A stretch of 64,000 nucleotides of DNA from an uncultured Gemmatimonadaceae bacterium. GTDB lineage: Bacteria; Gemmatimonadota; Gemmatimonadetes; Gemmatimonadales; Gemmatimonadaceae. Shown piece after piece: positions 55,944 to 64,000 of this stretch. Below the pieces are notes generated by a model. It was given only the letters and a program-made list of their open reading frames with translations, was not told where the DNA came from and ran no database searches. The stretch's first letter is position 1, and each line of letters opens with the position of its first letter. The stretch spans positions 736,001 to 800,000 of the forward strand of contig CAWFQK010000004.1 of NCBI GenBank assembly GCA_963817955.1. Direction: 5' to 3'. The position numbers were made by a program, and so were the translations under genes.

Positions 55944-57280
55944 CCCCCCAATCCGAACAGGTGACGAAGTGCCAGGGCATAGCCCGCCGATTGTCCGTGC
56001 TGCGCCTCCTGCCGCAGGCGCACCATCGGCTCGTGAAATAAGCGGTTGACCAGCGACTGAGAGAAGGCCTCGATCGCTGCGCGCTCGCCATTGCCGAGGT
56101 GCCCCATATCGCGCATGAGCCGTTCGATCGACGCCTGGCGCACGGACTCCATGTGCGACCGTAGGTCGGCGATGAGCGGCAACACGTCGAGCTGGCGCAG
56201 CTCGGCAATGCACTTCCCCGCCTCCTCCTCCACCACGCGCTCCACCTGCGGAATCTCGGCGACACGTTCCGCCAACGCATTCGTCACATGTCGCTCGAGA
56301 TCGTCGAGATCCCAGTAGCGAACGTTGTCCAGGTCGCGCACGGCCGGATCGACATCGCGCGGCACGCCGATATCGACGATCGCCAGCGGCCGGTCACGGC
56401 CAATCATGGCGTCCCGCACCATCTCACGCGACACGACGTGATGGGGCGCCGCCGTCGACGTGATGAGCACGTCGGCTTGCCGCAACTCGGCGGGGAGCGC
56501 TTCGAGCGCGGCCGATCGGGCATCGAAACGACTGCTGAGGTGCGACGCGTGCTCCGCCGTGCGGCTCACCACGCAGATGTCGCGCACGCCGCGATTGTGG
56601 AATGCCGATACGGCGAGTTCGCCCATCTCGCCCGCGCCCAACACGACGACGTGCGCCATGCGGAGCTCGCGAACGGTGTCGTCCACCAGCTTCACGGCGA
56701 GCGAACTGACGGTGGCCGGGTTCCGATTGATGCCCGTTTCCGTGCGCGCGCGACGTCCGGCGCGAATCGCGCCGTGAAACAAGACCGAGAGCGAATGTCC
56801 CGCGGCGCGCTGCGCCACGCCGGTGGCAAATGCGGACGAAACCTGCCCCAGAATCTGCGGCTCGCCAATGACCATGGATTCCAGGCCTGCAGCGGTCCGG
56901 CACAGGTGTCGCACGGCCTCGGCGCCCGTGTAGTGATACACCGCCGGCAGGAGCTCAGCCGCACTGACCCCTGTCTGCTCCTCGATGAGTCCGAGAAGCA
57001 CCTCGTAGCCGTCCGGTCCCGCTGCGGCGTACATCTCCAGGCGGTTGCAGGTGGAGAGAATCACCAGCTCACTGACGCCAGGGCGCACCTCCGTGCCGCA
57101 GCCGTAGCGCGCGAGGACCGATGCGACAGTGGTCTCGCTCAGTGCCAGCCGCTCGCGTAGCGCCACCGGCGCCGTACGGTGCGAGATGCCGACGCACAGA
57201 ATGTTCGCTCCGCCGCCAGGTGGCGGCTGATAGGTGGCGGAACGCTGGGCACCTGTTTCGGACGGCGCGATCGCGGTCAT
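55940..57280 (-). CDS. hemA: glutamyl-tRNA reductase
   Basis: 'HRTAPVALRE', 'STCNRLE', 'GLESMVIGEPQILGQ', 'DIGVPRDVDP'. Confidence 0.96.
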   Translation of the reverse strand: MTAIAPSETGAQRSATYQPPPGGGANILCVGISHRTAPVALRERLALSETTVASVLARYGCGTEVRPGVSELVILSTCNRLEMYAAAGPDGYEVLLGLIEEQTGVSAAELLPAVYHYTGAEAVRHLCRTAAGLESMVIGEPQILGQVSSAFATGVAQRAAGHSLSVLFHGAIRAGRRARTETGINRNPATVSSLAVKLVDDTVRELRMAHVVVLGAGEMGELAVSAFHNRGVRDICVVSRTAEHASHLSSRFDARSAALEALPAELRQADVLITSTAAPHHVVSREMVRDAMIGRDRPLAIVDIGVPRDVDPAVRDLDNVRYWDLDDLERHVTNALAERVAEIPQVERVVEEEAGKCIAELRQLDVLPLIADLRSHMESVRQASIERLMRDMGHLGNGERAAIEAFSQSLVNRLFHEPMVRLRQEAQHGQSAGYALALRHLFGLGG

Positions 57281-58437
57281 GACGTGGCCGTCCCATCGAT
57301 CATGCGCCGGTAGCGCTGCGGCACGTGCACGCAGAACGGCTCGGCTTCCTGGAAGTCGCCCGTCATGCCGTACGCGCGCGCCCGACTGCCACCACACACA
57401 CTGCGGAACTCACAGACACCGCACTTGCCTTTGATCTGCGACCGATCCCGCAACGAGTTGAACAACGGCGACTCACGGTAGGTCTGAACCAGATCGTCGT
57501 TGCGCACGTTGCCGGCAACGATGGGCAGGAACCCGGACGGCATGATCTCGCCGATATGGCTGATGAACATGAACCCATCACCGTCGTTCACGCTCCGCGC
57601 CCGTCCAATGCCGTCGGAGAGCGAGAACATCACGCCGCCCGTCAGGGTATCCGGTGCCTCGTCGCGTTCACCGAGGTGCCGCTCGGCGACCTGCCGCTGA
57701 AGAATGACGCGTGAATACTGCGGGGCGGCAGTCGCTTTCACGTCGAAGGGTGCATGCTTCGACAGGTCGTACATCTTGTTGAAGAGCATCTCGAACTCTT
57801 CGGCGCTCGCCACGTCGCCCGGCTTGGCGCGACCCATGGGAACGAGGAAGAACACTTCCCAGAACACGATGCCCAGCCGCTCCATGAGTGCGGCGAGATT
57901 ATCGAAGTCGTCCACGTTGTGCCGCGCCATCACCGTGTTCACTTGCGTGGACAGGCCAATCCGGCGGCACTCCTCGAGAATCCTGATACCCCAGTCGAAC
58001 GAGCCGTCCACACGCCGGAAGGCGTCGTGGATGGCCGGATTGGAGCCGTCGAGACTCACGGCCAGGCGAGAGATGCCCGAATCCTTGAACTGCTGTATGG
58101 CTTCGACGGTGGCGAGCGGCGTCGTGGCCGGCGTAACCGCCATGCGGAGACCGAGATCGAATCCGTAGCGAATCAGCTCGAAGACGTCGGGCCGTTTGAG
58201 GCAGTCGCCTCCACTGAGCACGAACACCACCGGGCCGAACTCGCGCACTTTGCGCAGCATGGCCTTGGCTTCATCAGTGGAGAGCTCGTCGGGCCGGCGA
58301 TACGGCACCGCTTCGGCGCGGCAATGCCGGCAGGCGAGATCGCAAGCGCGCGTAGTTTCCCAGATCACTACGAACGGCGACTTATGGAAATCGAAGTCCG
58401 CGATTCCTGCCCGGTTTCGCGGATGGGGGGACGACAT
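57277..58437 (-). CDS. radical SAM/SPASM protein, AhbD-like (TIGR04053-type)
   Basis: 'IWETTRACDLACRHCRA', 'SGGD', SPASM 'GKCGVCEFRSVCGGSRARAY...EPFC'. First gene of the hem cluster. Confidence 0.8.
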   Translation of the reverse strand: MSSPHPRNRAGIADFDFHKSPFVVIWETTRACDLACRHCRAEAVPYRRPDELSTDEAKAMLRKVREFGPVVFVLSGGDCLKRPDVFELIRYGFDLGLRMAVTPATTPLATVEAIQQFKDSGISRLAVSLDGSNPAIHDAFRRVDGSFDWGIRILEECRRIGLSTQVNTVMARHNVDDFDNLAALMERLGIVFWEVFFLVPMGRAKPGDVASAEEFEMLFNKMYDLSKHAPFDVKATAAPQYSRVILQRQVAERHLGERDEAPDTLTGGVMFSLSDGIGRARSVNDGDGFMFISHIGEIMPSGFLPIVAGNVRNDDLVQTYRESPLFNSLRDRSQIKGKCGVCEFRSVCGGSRARAYGMTGDFQEAEPFCVHVPQRYRRMIDGTATS

Positions 58438-58592
58438 AGCGAGCTCCTCGGAAGGTCGGCCGGCGGGCGGGCTGCCCGATGGTTCCGCTCGCAAGGGAGG
58501 ATGCGCAACGTACCCCTTCAGTGCTGTCGGGAAAGGCACGAAGTCCACTCCGAATGCCCCGACATGAGTGTAGGCATTTACCTGACGGCGCG

Positions 58593-59003
58593 TTAGGCGC
58601 TTCCTCCCTCTTTCGATCCCAGCGCGTTGACATCGATCGGCCAACTGCCGGTCCGCCGCTCCGGCGGCTCGTCCGCGCGATACATGATGACCCGGGCCCG
58701 TTCGAGGGTGATCAGTCCCCCGCCAAGCATGCCGTCCAGCTCGGGAAGTATGGCCTGGATCTTCTCCTCTGTTTCGATGCATTCAATGACAATCGGCAGA
58801 TCGGTCGAGAGCTCGAGGAACCGGTCCGTGTGCAGCTTGGAGCTGGCGCCAAAGCCCATGATGCCGCGGAACACGGTCGCACCCGCGTAGTGCCGCGCCC
58901 GCAACAACTCGACGATCTGCTGATACAGCGGCTTGCCGTGAAAACGATCCGCCTCGCCCACATGGATGCGCATCAGGACGCGCTCTCCCTTGAACCCGTG
59001 CAT
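58593..59003 (-). CDS. DUF190 (PII-like) protein
   Basis: 'GEADRFHGKPLY', 'GATVFRGIMGFG', 'LS.DLP.VIE'. Downstream of crcB. Confidence 0.9.
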   Translation of the reverse strand: MHGFKGERVLMRIHVGEADRFHGKPLYQQIVELLRARHYAGATVFRGIMGFGASSKLHTDRFLELSTDLPIVIECIETEEKIQAILPELDGMLGGGLITLERARVIMYRADEPPERRTGSWPIDVNALGSKEGGSA

Positions 59004-59014
59004 GCTCCCTCCCG

Positions 59015-59410
59015 TCATGGACGTTGGCGCAACGCAAGCAACTGATTGGCCGCCGCGAAGCCGAGGAACGTTCCGGCCAGCGCGAGCGCCACGCTCGATC
59101 CAACGTACAGCGCCGCGCGACCATACTCTCCGTCCTGCATCAGCCCGGCGGTTTCATAGGTGAACGTGGAGAATGTGGTGTAGCCCCCGCAGAAGCCCGA
59201 TGTCAGCAGCACGCGAACTTCCGGGCTGATCGCGTCCGTCTGCAGCGCGTACCGCATGATGAACCCGAGCAGAAAGCTGCCCGTGATGTTGACCACCAGC
59301 GTGCCCGCCGGAAAATCGGCGCCCGCCCACTGCTGGACGAAGCTCGCGAAGTAGTAGCGCGCGAGCCCACCGAGCGCGGCTCCGATTGCCACCGACCAGA
59401 AGAGTCTCAT
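59015..59410 (-). CDS. crcB: fluoride channel CrcB/FluC
   Basis: 'GGLARY', 'GTLVVNITGSFLLG', 'GFCGGYTTFSTF'. Confidence 0.95.
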   Translation of the reverse strand: MRLFWSVAIGAALGGLARYYFASFVQQWAGADFPAGTLVVNITGSFLLGFIMRYALQTDAISPEVRVLLTSGFCGGYTTFSTFTYETAGLMQDGEYGRAALYVGSSVALALAGTFLGFAAANQLLALRQRP

Positions 59411-59443
59411 GTGACGAAAATATCACCGGCTGGAGCGGACCGC

Positions 59444-59473
59444 TTGACAGATCAAGATTTTTTGGTATATACT
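59444..59473 (+). promoter_or_regulatory. sigma70 promoter of arsR overlapping a putative ArsR operator
   Basis: TTGACA (59444-59449)-N18-TATACT (59468-59473), with ATCAA-N6-TTGGT (59451-59466) in the spacer. Confidence 0.7.
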
Positions 59474-59478
59474 GCAGT

Positions 59479-59826
59479 GTGACCACAACGAGCAACGACC
59501 TCGCCCGCGCCGCGCGGCTCTTCCACGCCTTCTCCGACGAAACACGTCTCGCCGTCATCGACATGCTTCGTGACGGAGAACGATGCGTCTGCGAGTTGCA
59601 GGACGCGCTCGACGTCGCTCAATCGCGGTTGTCGTTCCACCTGAAGGTATTGAAGGACGTCGGGATCGTGACCGACCGCAAACAAGGTCGATGGGTGCAC
59701 TACGCACTCGACTGGGACGCATTCTCCGAAATCGAGACCGTACTTGCCGAGTTCAAGCCGTCGGCCCGTCGCACGGCGCTGCGCGTCCGTAGCGGCGGCG
59801 GCGGCGGCGGCGCATGCTGTGACTGA
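59479..59826 (+). CDS. arsR: ArsR/SmtB regulator
   Basis: 'FHAFSDETRL', 'ERCVCEL', 'QSRLSFHL', C-terminal CC. Confidence 0.9.
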   Translation: MTTTSNDLARAARLFHAFSDETRLAVIDMLRDGERCVCELQDALDVAQSRLSFHLKVLKDVGIVTDRKQGRWVHYALDWDAFSEIETVLAEFKPSARRTALRVRSGGGGGGACCD

Positions 59827-59878
59827 CGGTGAGGCACGAGATACGAGATACGGGACACACCTTTTTTTTCGGCAACAC

Positions 59879-59894
59879 ATCAACATTTCTTGAT
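59879..59894. promoter_or_regulatory. second putative ArsR operator upstream of arsM
   Basis: Perfect palindrome ATCAA-CATTTC-TTGAT. Confidence 0.6.
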
Positions 59895-59910
59895 CAAGAA
59901 CGAGGCTCCG

Positions 59911-60873
59911 ATGACCACCAAACAGAACGACGCGCCCATTCCGACCACCCTGGAAGAGATCCGCGCCACCGTACAAGCACGCTACGGCGCTGTCGCCGAG
60001 CGCGTCGCCACCGGGGATACCGGTGCAAGCTGCTGCGGGTCGAGTGGCTGCTGCGGGTCGTCCACCGAATCGTGGGACCCGATCACGGCGGATCTCTACG
60101 ATGCGGGCCAGACCGCTGGTCTGCCCGCCGAAGCGCTGCTCGCGTCGCTCGGCTGCGGCAACCCAACCGCGCTCGCGGAGCTCCACGCAGGTGAGATCGT
60201 ACTGGACCTGGGTTCCGGTGGCGGCATCGACGTGCTGCTGTCGGCCAAGCGCGTCGGTCCGACCGGCAAAGCATACGGCCTCGACATGACGGACGAGATG
60301 CTCGCGCTCGCCATCGAGAACAAGGAGAAAGCCGGCGCGACCAACGTCGAGTTCCTCAAGGGGCACATCGAATCCATTCCGCTGCCGTCCAATACCGTGG
60401 ACGTCATCATCTCCAATTGCGTGATCAATCTGTCTGGCGACAAACGGCAGGTGCTCGCCGAGGCATTCCGCGTGCTCAAGCCAGGCGGGCGCTTCGCCGT
60501 GAGCGACGTCGTCGTGCGCGGCGAGGTGCCGGACGCCCTGCGCCGGAGTATGGAATTGTGGAACGGCTGCATTGCCGGCGCACTCGAGGAACAAGAATTC
60601 CTCCAGCTGTTGCGCGACGTCGGGTTCGAAGATCCGTCAATTGAACCGACACGCATCTACACCACCGAGGATGCGGCAACGCTGATTGCGGGCACGGGCA
60701 TCGATCCGAAACTGGCAGCACTCGTCGATGGCAAGTTCATGAGCGCGTTCGTGCGCGCCACAAAGCCGGGCGCGTCGCGGAACGCGACGAAGAAGCCTCT
60801 CCGCGAGATGGCGAGCCTCGGCGCGGCGAAGTCGTCGCGCGACTGTGGCTGCAATGACGGCTGCTGCAACTGA
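59911..60873 (+). CDS. arsM: arsenite S-adenosylmethyltransferase
   Basis: 'SLGCGNP', 'LDLGSGGGID', 'ISNCVINL', 'WNGCIAGAL', N- and C-terminal Cys clusters. Confidence 0.93.
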   Translation: MTTKQNDAPIPTTLEEIRATVQARYGAVAERVATGDTGASCCGSSGCCGSSTESWDPITADLYDAGQTAGLPAEALLASLGCGNPTALAELHAGEIVLDLGSGGGIDVLLSAKRVGPTGKAYGLDMTDEMLALAIENKEKAGATNVEFLKGHIESIPLPSNTVDVIISNCVINLSGDKRQVLAEAFRVLKPGGRFAVSDVVVRGEVPDALRRSMELWNGCIAGALEEQEFLQLLRDVGFEDPSIEPTRIYTTEDAATLIAGTGIDPKLAALVDGKFMSAFVRATKPGASRNATKKPLREMASLGAAKSSRDCGCNDGCCN

Positions 60874-60892
60874 GCAACGAGAGGACACGAGC

Positions 60893-62008
60893 ATGAGCAC
60901 GTCCACACAAGCCGCTCGCGTCGTGATGACCGATCGTCGTCTTTCCACGCTCGATCGCTTTCTGCCGTTGTGGATCGTCAGCGCAATGGCGCTCGGTCTC
61001 GCGGTGGGGCGCGCCTATCCGGGCCTGGGCGCAGTGCTCGACCGAGTGCAGATCGGCGGCGTATCCGTACCGATTGCGCTGGGGCTGTTGTGGATGATGT
61101 ATCCGGTGCTCGCGAAGGTGCGGTACGAAGCCATTGGCCGTCACACGCGGGACACGAAGCGGCTCGGCACGTCGATCATCCTGAATTGGCTGATCGGGCC
61201 CGTGGTGATGCTCGGGCTCGCGTGGCTATTCCTGCCAGACTTGCCGCATTACCGGAACGGCCTCGTACTGATCGGCCTCGCGCGCTGCATCGCAATGGTG
61301 CTGATCTGGAATTCGTTGGCCTGCGGTTCTGGCGAGCTGGCGGCCGTGCTCGTCGCACTCAACTCGGTCTTCCAGATCCTGACGTATTCGGTCCTCGGCT
61401 GGCTGTTTCTCACCGTGGTGCCGGCGTGGTTTGGCGCCGACACCGCGGCGTTGAACGTATCGATGGGCCAGATCGCGCGGAGTGTGGCCATCTTTCTTGG
61501 CGTGCCGCTGGTCGCCGGATTTCTCACGCGCAAGACGTTGGTCGCACGGCGCGGTGCGTCCTGGTATGACGATGTCTTCATTCGACGCATTGGCCCCACG
61601 GCGCTCGTCGGCCTGCTCTACACGATCGTTCTCATGTTCGCCATGCAGGGACAGCGCATTCTCGCCCTTCCCATGGACGTGCTTCGCATTGCCGCACCCC
61701 TGCTCGTGTACTTCGGTGTGATGTTCAGCCTCGCGTTCTGGCTGTCCATGCGATTGGGGTTCGGGTACGAGGACACCGCCGCGCTGTCATTCACCGCGGC
61801 GGGCAACAACTTTGAACTCGCCATCGCCGTTGCCGTCGCGACATTCGGCATCGACTCGGGCGAGGCACTCGCCGCCGTCATTGGGCCGCTGATCGAAGTC
61901 CCGGCGCTGGTAGCGCTCGTGTACGCGGCACTGTGGGCACGCGGTCAATTTTTCGGGGGCGTCATGTCATCGCCCGCCATCGCTCGAGGGCCGGGCGGTT
62001 TTTCTTAA
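60893..62008 (+). CDS. acr3: Acr3-family arsenite efflux pump
   Basis: 'LDRFLP.WI', 'MMYPVLAKV', 'ARCIAMV', 'GNNFELAIAVA', 'GPLIEVP'. Confidence 0.95.
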   Translation: MSTSTQAARVVMTDRRLSTLDRFLPLWIVSAMALGLAVGRAYPGLGAVLDRVQIGGVSVPIALGLLWMMYPVLAKVRYEAIGRHTRDTKRLGTSIILNWLIGPVVMLGLAWLFLPDLPHYRNGLVLIGLARCIAMVLIWNSLACGSGELAAVLVALNSVFQILTYSVLGWLFLTVVPAWFGADTAALNVSMGQIARSVAIFLGVPLVAGFLTRKTLVARRGASWYDDVFIRRIGPTALVGLLYTIVLMFAMQGQRILALPMDVLRIAAPLLVYFGVMFSLAFWLSMRLGFGYEDTAALSFTAAGNNFELAIAVAVATFGIDSGEALAAVIGPLIEVPALVALVYAALWARGQFFGGVMSSPAIARGPGGFS

Positions 62009-62406
62009 CGCAGAGGACGCAGAGAACTGCAAGAGAACTGCAGAGAACTGCAAAAAGAAAACTGCAAAAGAGACCTGAAAAAGGGAACTGCAAAGAGAAC
62101 TGGAATCGTACGGAAGAGGGAAGCGCGTATCGGTGGAATGAACCGTGATTGCCGAGTCCACAATCATTCCGCCGATATCGTTACTCATCCCGACCTGGGC
62201 GATGCCATCGGAGCGTCACGACGGCATCAGCCAAGACATCCAGGCGAGACAATCCTTCACGGTCCTCTGCCGTTCTCTTGCAGTTCTCTGCGACCTCTGC
62301 GTTCAAAAGCTGTTCTATCGGTCACAGAGATCCTTCGCTTCGCTCAGGATGACAGCCCTTTGCTCAGGATGACAGCCCTTCGCTCAGGATGACAGGCTTC
62401 GCTCAG
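62003..62406. repeat. Composite palindromic MITE-like element, copy 2
   Basis: TTAACGCAGAGGACGCAGAGAACTGC arm, core homologous to the reverse complement of 17120-17280, then GCTCAGGATGACAG x3. Confidence 0.85.
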
Positions 62407-62424
62407 ACAGGACACGGGACACGC

Positions 62425-63189
62425 ATGCGATACGCGCTCATCTCCGACATCCACGCCAACTTGCCTGCGCTCGAGGCGGTGCTAGAGGACATCGAAGCCC
62501 GCGAGAACGTGGCGGCAACGTACCACCTTGGCGATCTGGTCGGCTACGCGCCGTGGCCAAATGAAACCGTGGCGCTCATTCGTGGCCGCGCGATCGCCGG
62601 CGTCGCCGGTAACTACGACTCCACCGTCGCCACCGACTACAAACATTGCGGCTGTCAGTACGACGATCCGCGACAAGAGGCGCTGTCACACCAGTCATAC
62701 GACTGGACGCGCGCCCATGTGACGGCGGAAACGAAACAATTTCTCAGTGGCCTGCCGTTCGCCATGACAATTCGCCCGGCCGGCGGACATCTGTCGGGTC
62801 CGAGCATCTTTCTCGTACACGGCCACGCATCGCTCAACACCATTTATGTCCACGAACAGCGATCCGACGACTTTCTGACGAAGATGGGCGCGTCGCTCGG
62901 TGCGCGCGCTGGTGACGCCGTGTGCTTTGGTCACACGCACAAGCCCTGGCACCGGGTGGTGTCCGGCATCCACTTCGTGAACACGGGGAGCGTCGGCCGG
63001 CCGAAGGATGGCGATTGGCGCGCCGGGTACGTGCTCCTCGATACATCAGCCGACGGGGTGAGCGGCGCGTTCATTCGCGTCGCTTACGACGTGGAGCGCG
63101 CGACGGAGGCCATTGTCGAGAGCGAGCTCCCGAATGAGTTTGCCGAGATGCTGACGTCGGGTGGCACACTGTCGCCCACCTCGGCCTGA
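62425..63189 (+). CDS. metallophosphoesterase (ars-operon associated, HCGC motif)
   Basis: 'ISDIHAN', 'LGDLVGY', 'GNYD', 'FGHTH', 'NTGSVGRPKDGD'. Confidence 0.88.
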   Translation: MRYALISDIHANLPALEAVLEDIEARENVAATYHLGDLVGYAPWPNETVALIRGRAIAGVAGNYDSTVATDYKHCGCQYDDPRQEALSHQSYDWTRAHVTAETKQFLSGLPFAMTIRPAGGHLSGPSIFLVHGHASLNTIYVHEQRSDDFLTKMGASLGARAGDAVCFGHTHKPWHRVVSGIHFVNTGSVGRPKDGDWRAGYVLLDTSADGVSGAFIRVAYDVERATEAIVESELPNEFAEMLTSGGTLSPTSA

Positions 63190-63210
63190 AGCATTTCGCG
63201 GTGCGACGCG

Positions 63211-63597
63211 TCAGCGGCTGTGCTTGTACATGAGCTCGACGAGCTCATCGTACATGGCCTCCGCCTGAGTCTCGTCGGCGCGAATCGCGGTCGTCGCACA
63301 GTGCTTGAGATGGTTGCGCATCAACTCGCGTCCGACAGCGCGAAGCGCTTCATGCACCGATGAGATTTGCATGAGGATGTCGGCACAGTAGCGGTCTTCC
63401 TCGACCATCTTCTGCAGCCCTCGCACCTGTCCCTCGATGCGCCGCAGACGCATGAGGTTTCGACTTTTCGCATCGACATCCACGGCCACCGCCTTGCGGC
63501 CATTGCCGTCGTGCGCGCCGCATCCGCAGCGCGCGTCGTGTGTCTCGCTGTTCGCGTCTGGTGCTGCCTTGCGAACACGCTTCGTTGGTCGTGCCAT
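63211..63597 (-). CDS. csoR: CsoR-family metal-sensing repressor
   Basis: 'RLRRIEGQVRGLQKMVEEDRYC.DIL.Q', 'NHLKHC'. Confidence 0.9.
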   Translation of the reverse strand: MARPTKRVRKAAPDANSETHDARCGCGAHDGNGRKAVAVDVDAKSRNLMRLRRIEGQVRGLQKMVEEDRYCADILMQISSVHEALRAVGRELMRNHLKHCATTAIRADETQAEAMYDELVELMYKHSR

Positions 63598-63641
63598 CGC
63601 GGATGTCTCCTGTCGCGTCAATCTGTGTGTCGCTACGCAGG

Positions 63642-64000
63642 TCAGGTGGTGCGAAACCGACGGAGTCGCAGGCTGTTCGAGACCACACTCACGGAGCTGA
63701 ATGCCATTGCCGCGCTGGCGAGAATGGGACTGAGCAGCAACCCGAACACGGGGTACAACGCGCCGGCGGCGACGGGAATGCCGATGACGTTGTAGACGAA
63801 CGCCCAGAAGAGGTTCTGCTTCATCGTGCGCATCGTGCGGCGCGACAACTGGATGGCGTGCACCACGCCGTGCAAGTCGCCGCGCAGGAGTGCCACGTCT
63901 GCCGCTTCCACCGCCACGTCGGTTCCCGTCGCGACCGCGAAGCCGAGATCACTGCGTGCGATCGCGGCGCCATCGTTGATGCCGTCACCCACCATCGCCA
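63642..64000 (-). CDS. copA: heavy-metal (Cu) P1B-type ATPase, C-terminal part
   Basis: 'MVGDGIND', '[19 protein letters not shown]', '[11 protein letters not shown]'. Confidence 0.88.
   Translation of the reverse strand, partial: AMVGDGINDGAAIARSDLGFAVATGTDVAVEAADVALLRGDLHGVVHAIQLSRRTMRTMKQNLFWAFVYNVIGIPVAAGALYPVFGLLLSPILASAAMAFSSVSVVSNSLRLRRFRTT

Noticed and set aside
58440..58590. Riboswitch upstream of the heme operon
   Set aside because: No conserved motif of a known riboswitch class was recognised.

Overview
High-GC bacterial window, most likely Gemmatimonadota (inferred from gene repertoire, not verified). Many frameshifts, including two in the essential thrS, point to long-read indel errors. 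Bases 1-~10000 are the end of a genomic island abutting the 3' end of tRNA-Met. The island carries an SNF2/DUF3883 - DUF1156 methylase - DUF499 ATPase restriction-like defence locus with a truncated PtuA-like ATPase nested inside it, an FRG-domain gene and two IS3 remnants. The core region holds tRNA-Met, tRNA-fMet, ftsB, eno, plsC, thiL, nnr, a divergent TIR-domain gene, glyA, rpiB, Leu dehydrogenase, beta-oxidation genes, bioY, PadR plus ABC permease, thrS, valS, selA, gmhB, purN, purH and DUF2723. The last 15 kb hold a radical SAM-hemA-hemY-hemE-hemH-feoAB cluster, crcB/DUF190, an arsR-arsM-acr3-metallophosphoesterase operon and csoR/copA. The most unusual unexplained structure is a ~2.65-kb non-genic element (29195-31851): ~350-bp nested inverted arms enclose an AT-rich leader and a ~1.5-kb 20/21-nt tandem array. 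A second candidate is a structured MITE-like repeat family (two full copies with compensatory changes) that carries the 5' stub of a GxxExxY gene.
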